Assembly: GCF_004010195.1 (NCBI RefSeq)
Contig: NC_057751.1
Location: 6,704,863-6,767,770 of the forward strand
Direction of reading: 5' to 3'
DNA from: Chiloscyllium plagiosum
Lineage: Eukaryota
DNA length: 62,908 bases
The translations under genes and the position numbers were made by a program. How positions within the stretch are numbered: position 1 is the first letter of the stretch; every line of letters begins with the position of its first letter. Below the pieces are notes generated by a model. That model searched no databases. It had not been told where the DNA came from and worked only from the letters and a program-made list of their open reading frames with translations. Shown here piece after piece: positions 1 to 10,693 of the stretch.

Positions 1-536
1 ACTGCAATCTACTTCTTCATTTCTCACTCGGTTTAACACAACAACATAAAATTGTATCAGGTGGCAAACAACGCTGTATCAGACTGAGGCTTGGTTATTA
101 CTCGCATTACTGAGGGCTAGCTGGAACAGGTTTCACTCACTCACCTCTATTTGTTGTTCTCTGAATTCCAAGTCCTGCTTCTGAGTTAGTTGTCCTGAGA
201 TCACTCTGCCCATGTCTTTGAAACACTAATTTATACCTTTTCTCTTGAAACTTTGAGAAGGTTTGACTCCCACCCAGGAATTTGTGGCTTTAATATCATG
301 CATCCATGGGTTGTACAGAGAAGTCACACCTGATTCCTTGTCCTCCCTTTGTCTAAAATTTAGTAGACTTGGTAACCAAGAAGGTCAAGCAGTATTTTAG
401 CAGACCTTATCACCAGATTCCTGAACAGGCAGCGCCTGGTGCTGGCTGGCAGAGTGAGCTGTTGTTCTTGAGAAGTTGGCCAATTTTTCCCATCATCATT
501 ACTTTCCGTCATTAGTTGTTAACCACTCTGGTAGAG

Positions 537-775
537 TGTTAGATTTAAGATGCTGTCATTCGAAAGGGATTTGGAAAGGGAACTACGAGGTCCTTGAGCG
601 GGTTTGTTTTAACCTGGGCCAAAATTGCTCTGGCTGTTAAATACAAACAAAGGATTTAGAACGTCCTCAGTTCAAGGGACTGACACCGAGCTGGCTGGCC
701 GCAGCTGGTGTACTAAGTACTAGTAAATAAAGGGTGACTTGGTGAGGGGATACCGGCTTCCCTGCAGTTATTTCA
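537..775 (+). mobile_element. Possible solo LTR (short)
   Basis: TG start (TGTTAG), AATAAA at 726-731, ends ...GCAGTTATTTCA. The 5' boundary is uncertain and no TSD was found. Confidence 0.35.
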
Positions 776-1140
776 AAACTACAGAGTTTTGCTCACATCT
801 TGTCCAAAATCAAACAATTACAACACTTAATACATTGCAACTTGCTCAAACCAGAAGTTGATGTAAAGGTGGGAGGTACTTTGTTTGATAACATTGATAT
901 CATTTTGAAGGGGATTCTTTTTTAAAAACCAGCAGTCTGTGCAGCTAGCTGGTGCCTCAAGGAAGCCAAGGTTGCAGTCAAAAGATCAAACTTGACACTG
1001 CCTCTAAAAATCTTCAAAACGTTTGAATATTTAAAACCATTAGACAACCTCGAGCCCAGTACTTCAACTTTTTGCAAAACTACATTGGAAGTTGTCTGTT
1101 CTATCTTCCCGTTCCCACAAGTTATAAATAATTGAAAAAA

Positions 1141-2890
1141 AAACAAAGAACTATGGATGCTGTAAATCAGAAACTGAAACAAAAATTGCTGGGAAAGCTC
1201 AGCAGGTCTGGCAGCATCAGTGGAGAAAGAGAGTGAGTTAATGTTTCGGGGAAAGTCCAAAAGGTCTGAACTGACCCCATCTACCTCCAAGTTCCTCCAC
1301 CTGGCTGAGTTTGTTCTCGCTTTGAACAACTTCTCCTTTAACTCCCCTCACTTTCTTCAGTTAAAAATCACACAACAGATTATAGTCCAGGTTATAGTGT
1401 GCGATTTTTAACTTTTTACACCCAGCCCAACACCGACAGCTCCAAATCGCTTTCTTCATGTCAGACGTATGGCCATCGTTACCTGCGTGGACCCCAGTTC
1501 TTTGTGGGGTATGTAGAACGTACCTTATTCCAGTCCCACTTTGGTCCCTACCCACAACTCTTTCTCCAATACATTGATGATGTTGGTCCTGCTTCCCTCT
1601 CTCTTCTGGAATTGGAAAGGTTTATCAGTCACGTTTTCTAATATCACCTTGCTCTCACCTTCACCTGGTCCATCTCTCACTCCTCCTTTCCCTTCCTCCA
1701 CATCTGTTTCCATTTCCAAGAATAGACGAGCCACCAATATCTTCTCCAAATCCATTCAGTCCCACAGTTACCTGTATTATGCATTCTCACACTCTGCTTC
1801 CTATAGGGACTCCATCCCATTCTTCCAGTTCCTCTGTCTCCATCACATCTGTTTCGATGAACCCAACTTTGAAAAGGGGGCCTCCGAAATATCCATCTTC
1901 TTCCTCTACCAAAGATTCCACAGTACCATGATTGACAGGGCCTTCAGCTGTGTCCAAACCCCCCCATCTATTTCACCTCAGCCCTCACCTCTTCCCTTCC
2001 GTCTCACAACAGCAATAGGATGCCCCAGTCCTCAATTAACACCCAACTCGCATCCATATCGAAACAATCATTGGTTGCCATTTTGATCACTTTCAACAGG
2101 GTGCCACCACTAGACACATATTCCCCTCCCTTGTCAGTCTTCAGCAGGAGCTGTTCCCTCCAGGACAACCTGGTCCACTTCACACCTCTCCACACTGACT
2201 TGGGACATCCCTGTGCAATGTAAGAAGGTGCTACATTTGCCTGTTAACCTCATCTCTCCTCACCATCCCAGGTGCCAGACACACTTTCCAGGTGAGGCAG
2301 TATTTTATCTGCACGTCACTCAATCAAGCCTATAGTATTAGCTACGCACAATGTGGTCTCCTCTATACTGGGGAGAAGAAACACAGACTGGGCGATTGCT
2401 TTGTGGAACACTTACATTTTGTCTGCAAAACTGACCCTGAGATTCCTGTTAACTGCCATTTCAACACACCACCGTGGTCCCTGGCCAACACTTCTGTCTC
2501 AGGCTTACTGCAGAGCTTCAGCAGAGCTCAGCGCAAGTTGGAAGAACAGCACCTCATTTTCCGTTTGGGGACCACGCAGCCTGCAGGACTCAATATCAAG
2601 GTCATAAATTTGAGAGCCTGAGCACCTTCTGTTATCTGCTTATATCGACACCTATTTCCACACGTGCTACGACCACCACCATTGTGAACTACTAGTAGTC
2701 CGAATTAGCCAATGTTGATTCCCCCAGGCTGACCTGAATCCATTCCTTTGCCAAACTGTTGTTTTCTCTCTCCCCCTGGGCTTCATCGTTGATGCTGAGT
2801 TCTGAAGGGGGGTCATGGCACCCGAAACATGGATTCTGCTTTCTTTCCATAGATGCTGCCAGATCTGAGTTTCCCCAGCAATTTGTTTTT
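1141..2890 (+). mobile_element. Penelope-like retroelement (RT + GIY-YIG remnants), 5'-truncated, with inverted pLTR arm at 1141-1250
   Basis: Frameshifted motifs HLAEFVLALNNFSFNSPHFLQ and FVGYVERTLF..LFLQYIDD (RT), and YSISYAQCGLLYTGEKKHRLGDCFVEH..RKLEEQHLIFRLGT (GIY-YIG). 1176-1250 is an imperfect reverse complement of 2821-2890. Degenerate hammerhead at about 2800-2833. Confidence 0.9.
1360..1449 (+). mobile_element. Mini fold-back PLE-terminus insertion (family A) nested in the Penelope RT
   Basis: GTTAAAAATCACAC...GTGCGATTTTTAAC hairpin plus tail; TSD CTTTCTTCA at 1351-1359 and 1450-1458; same sequence family as 6656 and 34969. Confidence 0.8.
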
Positions 2891-3783
2891 AGAATCATAG
2901 ACTCTCAGAGATGTACAGCATGGAAACAGACCCTTCCATCTAACTTGTCCATGCCGACCAGATATCCCAACCCAATCTAGTCCCACCTGCCAGCACCTAG
3001 CCCATATCCCTCCAAACTCTTCCTATTCATATACACATTCATATACACATCCTTTTAAATGTTGCAATTGTACTAGCCTCCACCCCTTCGTCTGGCAGCT
3101 CATTCCATACACGTACCATCCTCTGCAAGTAAAAAGTTGCCCCTTCGGTCTCTTTTATATCTTTCACCTCTCAACCTAAACCTATGCCCTCTAGTTCTGG
3201 ACTCCCCCACCCCAGGGAAAAAACTTTGTCTATTTATCCTATCCATGCCTCTCATGATTTTATAAATGTCTATGAGGTCATCCGTCAGCCTCCGACACTC
3301 CAGGGAAAACAGCCCTCGCCTATTCAACCTCTTCTTATAGCTCAAATCTTCCAACTCTGGCAATATCCAAGTAAATCTTTTCTGAACTCTGTCAAGTTTC
3401 ACAAGAACTTTCCGATAGGAAGGAGACCAGAATAGCATGCAATATTCCAACAGTGGCCTTACCAATGTCCTGTACAGCCGCTACATGACCTCCCAACTCC
3501 TGTACTCAATACTCTGACCAATAAAGGAAAGCATACCAAATGTCTTCTTCACTATCCTATCTACCTGCGACTCCACTTTCGAGGATCTTTGAACCTGCAC
3601 TCCAAGGTCTTTTTGTTCAGCAACACTCCCTAGAACCTTTACATTTGCTTTCCCAAAATGCAGCACCTCACATTTATTGAAATTATCTCCATCTACCACT
3701 TTTCAGCCTTTTGGCCCATCTGATCAAGATCCTGTTGTAATCTGAGGTAACCTTCTTCGCTGTTCACTACACCTGCAATTTTG
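2891..3783 (-). mobile_element. CR1-clade LINE (HER1-like) 3' fragment
   Basis: Minus-strand ORF2 C-terminus KCEVLHFG, VRPLLEYC..FWSP, GLFSLECRRL, RTRGH; shark-type 3' tail ...CTGTACATCTCTGAGAGTCTATGATTCT. Confidence 0.93.
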
Positions 3784-4149
3784 CTTTTAATTAATCGAAA
3801 CGCACACTCAAAATGTTGTTGCTTCCTTGAATCAACTTCTTATAAAGCCCCGTGTGGGCTGATGGACTCACACAGTGGGGTAGATTTGCCAAGCAATCAC
3901 AATCTCTTGGAAATTGCCACTTCGCTCTTTTTGTCAAAATGCCACAAGAGAGCTCTGTATTTCTGACAGGAGATTCCGATCAAGCCATACATTCATTCTG
4001 ACAGTTCCCTTGTAGTGCAGAACTGTTGGCGAAAATCAAAGCATGCCCCCTTCTCCCCATCAAACATCTGCTGTAATCTGAGATTTAAAGGTCCAGGATT
4101 ATGTACAGCCACTTTGACAACGATTATCAAAATATAAGTGCATGAAGTA

Positions 4150-4760
4150 AATATGGAGGTGAGGATGCTCGGAGGAAGGTAAGCCGTCAGGTGAATAGAG
4201 TATCATGTGGCTTGTGAGGTAGAGTGCCAGTGAAGTGGGGTACCAGGCAAGTGATGGAGTGTCCAGGGTTGGTCAGTGCGGGTGAGAAGTAACGGGTCAG
4301 GCAGGATGTTGGTTGGAACATTGGTGCAGGTGGTGAGGTGGCAAGAGCGCTTGATGGGGAGCAGAGAGGGCGCGTACGGTTCGTGTATCAGAGGTTGAGG
4401 TGAGTGACAGTGAGTGTGGGAAGGTACTGCCTGCATTTGAGAGGGTGGCCAAGCATGAGCCTTGGTGGGAGGTAGGTGCAATGGCACAGTTAGGATGAGT
4501 TTTAGGTCGCAGCAAGAAGATGGTGGCACTTATTCCTTCCTGCGCTGTTAGGTATTTCTCTGAACTATTGACACTACAGTGACTGCATTCGCCACTTTGG
4601 ACCAAACTGGCAGATTCTGGTGCCAGGGTCTCCTACAGGGGTTCTGAGGAAAGAGGTTGGCTCTCTTCTCCACCAGTCCAGTTCATCAGGCCTCTGACAT
4701 TCCTATGGGTGATGCAGGGTGATGCAGAGTGCCAACTCCCCTTTGTCAGCCCTGGACTTC
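4150..4760 (-). mobile_element. Harbinger/PIF-type DNA transposon remnant (Myb/SANT-like gene fragment)
   Basis: Minus frame 4679-4530 reads GLVEKRANLFPQNPCRRPWHQNLPVWSKVANAVTVVSIVQRNT*QRRK, matching the W-x2-V-A-x2-V...R-x3-Q-C-R-K pattern of Myb/SANT-like (MSANTD/NAIF1-type) domains; it has in-frame stops. Confidence 0.6.
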
Positions 4761-4879
4761 AGACTTGTGCAAAACATTGAAAGGCAATTCCTGACTTTCA
4801 GGCTTTGACCAAGTGCACGGCTGGCGGAGGTAGCACGAATCCCCAAAGGTCTTGACAGCGGCCATTACCTCCACTGATG

Positions 4880-5045
4880 CTTTTTTAAGCAAAGATAGAT
4901 AGATTTTTGAACAGGAAGGGCAAGAAGGGTTATGGTGAGCAGGCATCTAAATGGAGCTGAGTCCACAAAAAGATCAGCCATGATCTAATTGAATGGCAGA
5001 GCAGGCTCAAAAGGTCAGATGGTCTCCTCGTGCTCCTATCCTTCT
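4880..5045 (+). mobile_element. CR1 LINE 3' UTR fragment
   Basis: GATCAGCCATGATC..TGAATGGCAGAGCAGGCTC..CTCCTA tail, closely matching 12477-12540. Confidence 0.85.
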
Positions 5046-6594
5046 GCTGAACACAGGATAACCTGACAGCAGTGTTACAGAGGGGTCTAGCATACAGCAT
5101 AAAGTCAGCAGTGGAGAATAGCATGAAAGCATTAGCTGGAGAGAAACAGTCCAGAAATCTCACCAAGTTCTGCTGAAGTTCAGTCCTTATGTTTGCCCTT
5201 TGCCAGTGAGGTGGTGCAGGAGACTGAACAGCTTTTTTTTTAACACAAAAGCAATGAGCTGATGATCAGTCAATCTAATATCTGTTGAGGGATTAGGATG
5301 AGTCACAACATAGCCTCTCTGCTGTCCTTTTGTTGAGAAAAAACAGGTCAGGCCAAAGTTCTCAACCAAAAGACAGCACATCGACACTGAAACATGCCCT
5401 TTTCTATTGTATTGGAAGGCCAATGGGAATTTTATGCTCAAGTCCCTGTTGCAGGTTTCTAACGTTGCAGGCTTCTCACTCAGATAAGAGTGTCCCTCCA
5501 GAATTCAGGCTGTACCTCTCCAGAGAGCAGGCAATCTGTTGAATGATGCACTCAGTCTACACGGAGAGGAGTTTAGAGAGTTGAGACTGCCAGTACAGGA
5601 GAGCCAGTGGGTTTGCAAAGCTCAGACGATAGTTTAATTGGGCCTTGTCAAGAGTGAGGTGTGGTCTGAGAGATCATAATAACTTTGTCTGTTACTCAAG
5701 CCTTTAAGCTTGTTTCTTTCAGCTGAGCTCGCTTTTCAACCATGTATACACAGTAGACAGTTGGTGAAGACGTGAAATGAAGCTCTCTCCAACAAAGTCA
5801 TACCTATCAGCATGGTGGCACAGTCAGGCAATTAGGAGAGCTGGTTGGATCGCCAGGAATAGATTTTGTTCATCTCTTTAAGATTGGTAAAATACTGTAA
5901 TTTTTCAAAATCAATGTCCAAATAAATGAGCATTACAGCTACTGTGAGTATCTTACAAATGTTCTGAGTTAAGCTGTTTCTCAAAGTCTAGTTCATGAAA
6001 TGAATCCTCAGCAGAAATTTTAGATTCCCAGTTCTCCTGTACATGTGCCTGTTCTTTCTGCCGGGAACACAGTAATTGCAATAGCTGCTCCTGGCATGTA
6101 ATTTCTCATTTTGTTTCATTTCCTGGCTGTTTTGAAAGCTAAAAGAGAGAGAAATTCTGTATGAATTTGATTGCCATGACCTCCTTAACAGCCTGATTAC
6201 TCTATTGAAGGAGGTGACGTGGAACCCTCTTTCTACTGAGGTGTGATTGGTAGAGAAAATGAGTTTGCTTCACTTTAAGGGGTCTGTGAACAGAATCCAA
6301 CATTAATAGGATGAAAGACAGGGTCAGTGAGCAATGGTTAAATTTGCCATTTTTCCAAGTTCGTACATACTGTCTGCCCTTCTTGGGAAATGCTCTCTCT
6401 CTATAGATTAACAATGCTACAAGATAACTTTAGGGGATTAATAAGATAACCCAGAGGGAAAAACCAGTAAGAGAAACAACAATACTTGGAAATTAATGGA
6501 TTGGATTTGTTGGAGCTCCTTTTTGAAGTGTACAAGACTGTTGGGACCAATATGTTGTCGAAGGAACAATTAGACAGCTGATAGTATTCTTGTT

Positions 6595-6608
6595 ACACAC
6601 ACACACAC
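6595..6608. repeat. (AC)7 microsatellite
   Basis: Direct read. Confidence 0.9.
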
Positions 6609-6655
6609 GTCACCTTTACTACTTGCAATGCAAGTACTCAACCTTTAAGGGACAA

Positions 6656-6803
6656 GATTTGGAGATGCTGGTGTTGAACTGGGGTGTACAAAGTTAACAA
6701 TCACACAACACCAGGTTATAGTCCAACAGGTTTAATTGGAAGCACACTCACTTCCAATTAAACCTGTTGGACGATAACCTGGTGTTGTGTGATTTTTAAC
6801 TTA
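6656..6803 (-). mobile_element. Fold-back PLE-terminus insertion (family A)
   Basis: About 52-bp near-perfect inverted arms (6691-6742 / 6751-6802), 35-nt unpaired tail at 6656-6690, TSD AAGGGACAA at 6647-6655 and 6804-6812. Confidence 0.88.
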
Positions 6804-7922
6804 AAGGGACAACAGTTGCCTTTGTCCCGAGAGCCTGTCTTTTGGCAGTTGCAATCACGTTTTTCTATACAAATCACATCAATTAAATATTGATTGTCAA
6901 GCTTTGGTAACATAATAAACCAATCACATTGCGCTTTGACTACATGGCAAATGAAGTTTAGCATTAGATCAATTACTTCAAACTTCTGCAACACAGGCTT
7001 AATGTGGTTTAGTTTCCTGTTGTCTCACTGAATTTGGACAAAATACAATAAGCTAGCATAGCTTGTGTACGTACCAGGCTACATGTTTATTTGTTAAGTG
7101 GAATCAGGTCTAATTAACTCTACCTCGTCTATATGTTTAGCTGCACATTTATTGTCTCCCCTCTTGAATAGCTTAGGTGACCAACTTTTAGGTTCTGGCC
7201 CCGTGTTTGATACCTTACACATTCCTCCCTTTTTGTCCTGAAGGAAGTTAGAAGTTATCTTCTGGGATGATCACTGCTGGACCATGGCGTTGGCTGTAGC
7301 CTTTTCACAAAACTGGTCCATAGGGTTGAAATGCACCCCATCAGGACCAAGACCATCATGATCAAGACCAGTACCAGATACACTACTGAGTGACTGAGCT
7401 TCCCCAATTCCCCAGGGTGACTTTAAGCCAGCCTATTGGGCTCCTGAAACCAGGGAGCTGCCTTAGCAAGTAGTCAGTGTGGCATGAGTTTTTCCCTCTG
7501 GAAAGGGACTTCCTGTTGAACAGGAGATGTACCTTAAGGGCAACAGTGAAGGGTCATTGAATTGAAACTTTACCTCTGTGCTGAATTTTCCCAGCATGGC
7601 ATGGATATTGGCGTGAAAGTTGAGACGAACACATGAGATCCCTATATTAGCAACAAAGTCTATCCCCCACAGGGATAGAAACAAAGTCAATCTCCCTCTA
7701 CTCTTTTACATAGAAAATAAAATTACCTCCCCAACAGCATCCACAGTAGAGGTATGGCATGGGGTAAGCCACAGGCTAAAGCTCTCTCTTGACTGGGCGG
7801 CTGGGCTGGGTTTAAAAGTTGGTGTGGTGCCTGAATTCTAAGAGCTCATGGCAGTGGCCACGACTTGTGCCTATGGGAAAGAGAGGATACGATGAGCAAG
7901 ATGTCTTAGGGAAGTGCTGCAT

Positions 7923-8108
7923 AGCAGGCAGTGAAGAAAGCTAATGGCATGCTGGCCTTCATAACAAGAGGAATTGAGTATAGGAGCAAGCTGTGCTTTT
8001 CCAGCGCCATACCTTTACACCCTGTTCAACATCTGCAGACCACATGTTCTCCTACTAATCCAGAGATCTAGGTAATGTGCTAGGTACCAGTGTTCAAATC
8101 CCGCCATG
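7923..8108 (+). mobile_element. Composite of a CR1 ORF2 fragment, a PLE tail fragment and a tRNA-SINE head fragment
   Basis: QAVKKANGMLAFITRGIEYRS (7923-7989); CTGTGCTTTTCCAGC..CATCTGCAG (7991-8053); B-box-like GTTCAAATCC at 8091-8100. Confidence 0.6.
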
Positions 8109-8346
8109 CCTCTTCAATATTAGTCTGGGTGCCTGGATTGTTGGTCAGTGACAATTACCACCACCTCCACATAAATAGTTTCTGGCGCCACCTGGAACAG
8201 GTCCCACTGAGTTAGATTGTGAGTGGTGGAACTTTGGGGTGACAGAAGCCAGTAAGAGGGAATAGAGGAAGACTTCTGCTCTTGAGAGATTTTTTTAAAT
8301 TTATATCTTGGATTAAGTGTTTGACACATATGCGTTTGTTAACATT

Positions 8347-8797
8347 CAGGAGGCTGGAAGAACACAGCAATCCAGGCAGCATCAGGAGGTGGAGAAGCCA
8401 TTGTTTCAGGTATAAACCTTCTTCAAGAATGGAGGTAGGGGCAGGGGGAGTTGCAAGTAAAGAGAGAGGGGCTGAGGGTTTGGGTGGGGAGAGAGTAGAG
8501 TTGTGAGGTAATGATAGGTGCACACAGATGGTGGGTACAACCTGGTTGGTGATGGGAGGAATGAATTTGGGTTCCTTCCACCTACTAACTGGATTCATTC
8601 TTCCCATCGACCAACCAAGTTGTACCCTCTACCGGTGTTAACCTACCCCCACCTCACCACCCTACATTCACCCCCCCCAACCCATTTATCTACAGTTCCC
8701 CTTATACCCACCCCCAGTCCTGAAGAAGGGTTACACCCGAAACATTGACTTCTCCACCTCGTAATGCTGCTTGGCTTTTTGGCCTCCTTCCTGTCTA
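8347..8797. mobile_element. Older, large fold-back of two PLE pLTR arms (family C, related to 47507-48812)
   Basis: 8347-8568 is an imperfect reverse complement of about 8592-8797; hammerhead motif at 8716-8750; arm sequence resembles 48590-48810. No clear TSD. Confidence 0.8.
8716..8750 (+). ncRNA. Minimal hammerhead ribozyme motif, degenerate
   Basis: AGTC-CTGAAGA-AGGGTTACACCC-GAAAC-ATT-GACT. Stem I is AGTC/GACT; the cleavage triplet GTC has decayed to ATT. Confidence 0.65.
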
Positions 8798-9036
8798 AAA
8801 AGAACAAAATGCTGATTTCTAATAAACCTTAGCTCTCTGTTTCTTGCTTCCCAGCCAACTTCTAGCCTGCTGAGTGTTTCTAGCATTTGTACTTTAATTT
8901 CAGACTTCCAGGGTCCATCGTGTTTTGTTCATTTATAAATAGGGAGGGAAGTCTGTGATTCAGGATCTAAAATAGATCTCAGGTTATCCAAAGTGGAAAG
9001 ATTCAATACAATTCACACATTGATCGTTCAGAAGGT

Positions 9037-9675
9037 TAGATTCATACAGCATAGAAAAAAAGGCCCTTCAACCCATCAAGCGTGTGCCAGCCAAATAAAC
9101 CCACCGACCTACTTTAATCCAATTTTCCGGCACTTGGCCCCTTGATATGTATGTCTTCGCATTGCAAGTGACATCTATATCATTCTTAAATGTTATGAGG
9201 TTTTCTGCCCCTACCACCCTCACAGGCGATGAGTTCCAGATTCCCACCATGATCTGGGTGGAAAAAAAATTCTCACATCTCCTCAAAACCTCCTGAACTT
9301 AGCTTAAATCTATGACCCCTAGTCATTGATCCTTACACCAAGGTTAAAAGTTTCTTCCTGTCTACTCTATCTGTGCCCCTCAATTTTATACATCTCATTC
9401 ATACCCCCTGAGTGTCTTCTGTTTCAGGGAAAACAATTCAGTCCATATCCAATTTGTTTTCATTACTAAAACTCTCTAGCCCAGGCAAGATCCTGGTAAA
9501 TCTCATCTGCACTCTTTCCTGTTCAATCACGACAATGTGAATTCCAGAGCTGCATGTGTTACTGTAGTTGTGGCCTAAAACAACATTGAATACCTCTGTG
9601 GTGGAAATTAGCCTGCTCTTAAATTCTACGCCTTGGCTAATAAAGCAAGTATCTCATGTGCCTCCTTAACCACTC
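9037..9675 (-). mobile_element. CR1-clade LINE 3' fragment (older)
   Basis: Minus ORF RRCENFFSTQIMVGIWNSSP..TFK; CR1-type 3' tail. Confidence 0.8.
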
Positions 9676-10074
9676 TGGGGTTTTTGAGAGAAATGGGGAT
9701 AACTATAACAAGAATTAAACAAGACGTGGATTAGTCACTCTTGGCCAATGAAGGGTTTGATTTTGTTGTCTCCAGTTCACAGCAGAAATCCTCAACTTTT
9801 CCCTCAATCAGACAGCTTAGTCAATATGCTCTGTGGGTCTTTTCAGCTACCTCCTCTTCAAGGGATATATCTTTGTTGAGTAGTGTTGAGGAAACCTGTC
9901 CTCATTTGTTGACAGGAGAGGAAACTGGAATAAGATTCATTCTCCATTGCTCACAGCCTTTAACTTGACAAAAACAAAAATATTTATCAAGTATGTTTTC
10001 TGGTGAGTCAGACCTCAGGCGAAGGCTTATTAGAAACCTTGACGTATGTCTTCGGTCTGGCCATCAGGAACAAA

Positions 10075-10130
10075 TAGGGAATTAGGAATGGGCAATAAAT
10101 GCTGGCCTCGAACAGTCCATGATCGAATAT
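10075..10130 (+). mobile_element. SINE/LINE 3' tail remnant
   Basis: GGGAATTAGGAATGGGCAATAAATGCTGGCC, a tail I recognise from shark SINE/LINE families. Confidence 0.5.
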
Positions 10131-10693
10131 TCTTTAAAAAAATGCTCAATAAACATTGATTTTCAAATTTATTGCATGTCACCAGATGCTTTTCTTTGGT
10201 GATATATGATACATTTATTCCTCATGATTTTCTCTTCCTTTCCACCAGACGATTTAGGTTTCGTCAGCCTTCCCAATTACTCACTCTCTGGGCAGGATCT
10301 TGTGCTCCCAGATGGAGCGAGGCAAGACATGGGAATTTCATTTAATTAGGGAGAGGTGGGAATATAGCAGATCGTTACCATCCTGAATCCTGGCCTTGCA
10401 GCCTTCACTGGAATTAAGTTTGAACAGCATTGCCTATTATCAACCTTTCACCCCGCCATCATTGAAGCCTTGAAGTGGGCAATTATGAGGTTCAACCTGC
10501 TGCTTGTGAGATTAACTTAGCTGCAAGTGGGTCTGCCAACATTTGGACTTAGCGCAATTGGAAAGAGCATGGACTGCCGTGGCCTGGTGAAGAGAATGGC
10601 TCTCATCCAAGGCACTCACTACCTGATTGAGGGCATGGACATTGGGGCAGGGGGTGTGTCTGAGAGCCACACCTCAGCAACTCACGTTTGACC

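Noticed and set aside
10285..10690. Old GC-richer repeat or MITE flanking the LTR (also about 7580-7860)
   Set aside because: Probably an interspersed repeat, but I could not define TIRs, TSDs or a family.
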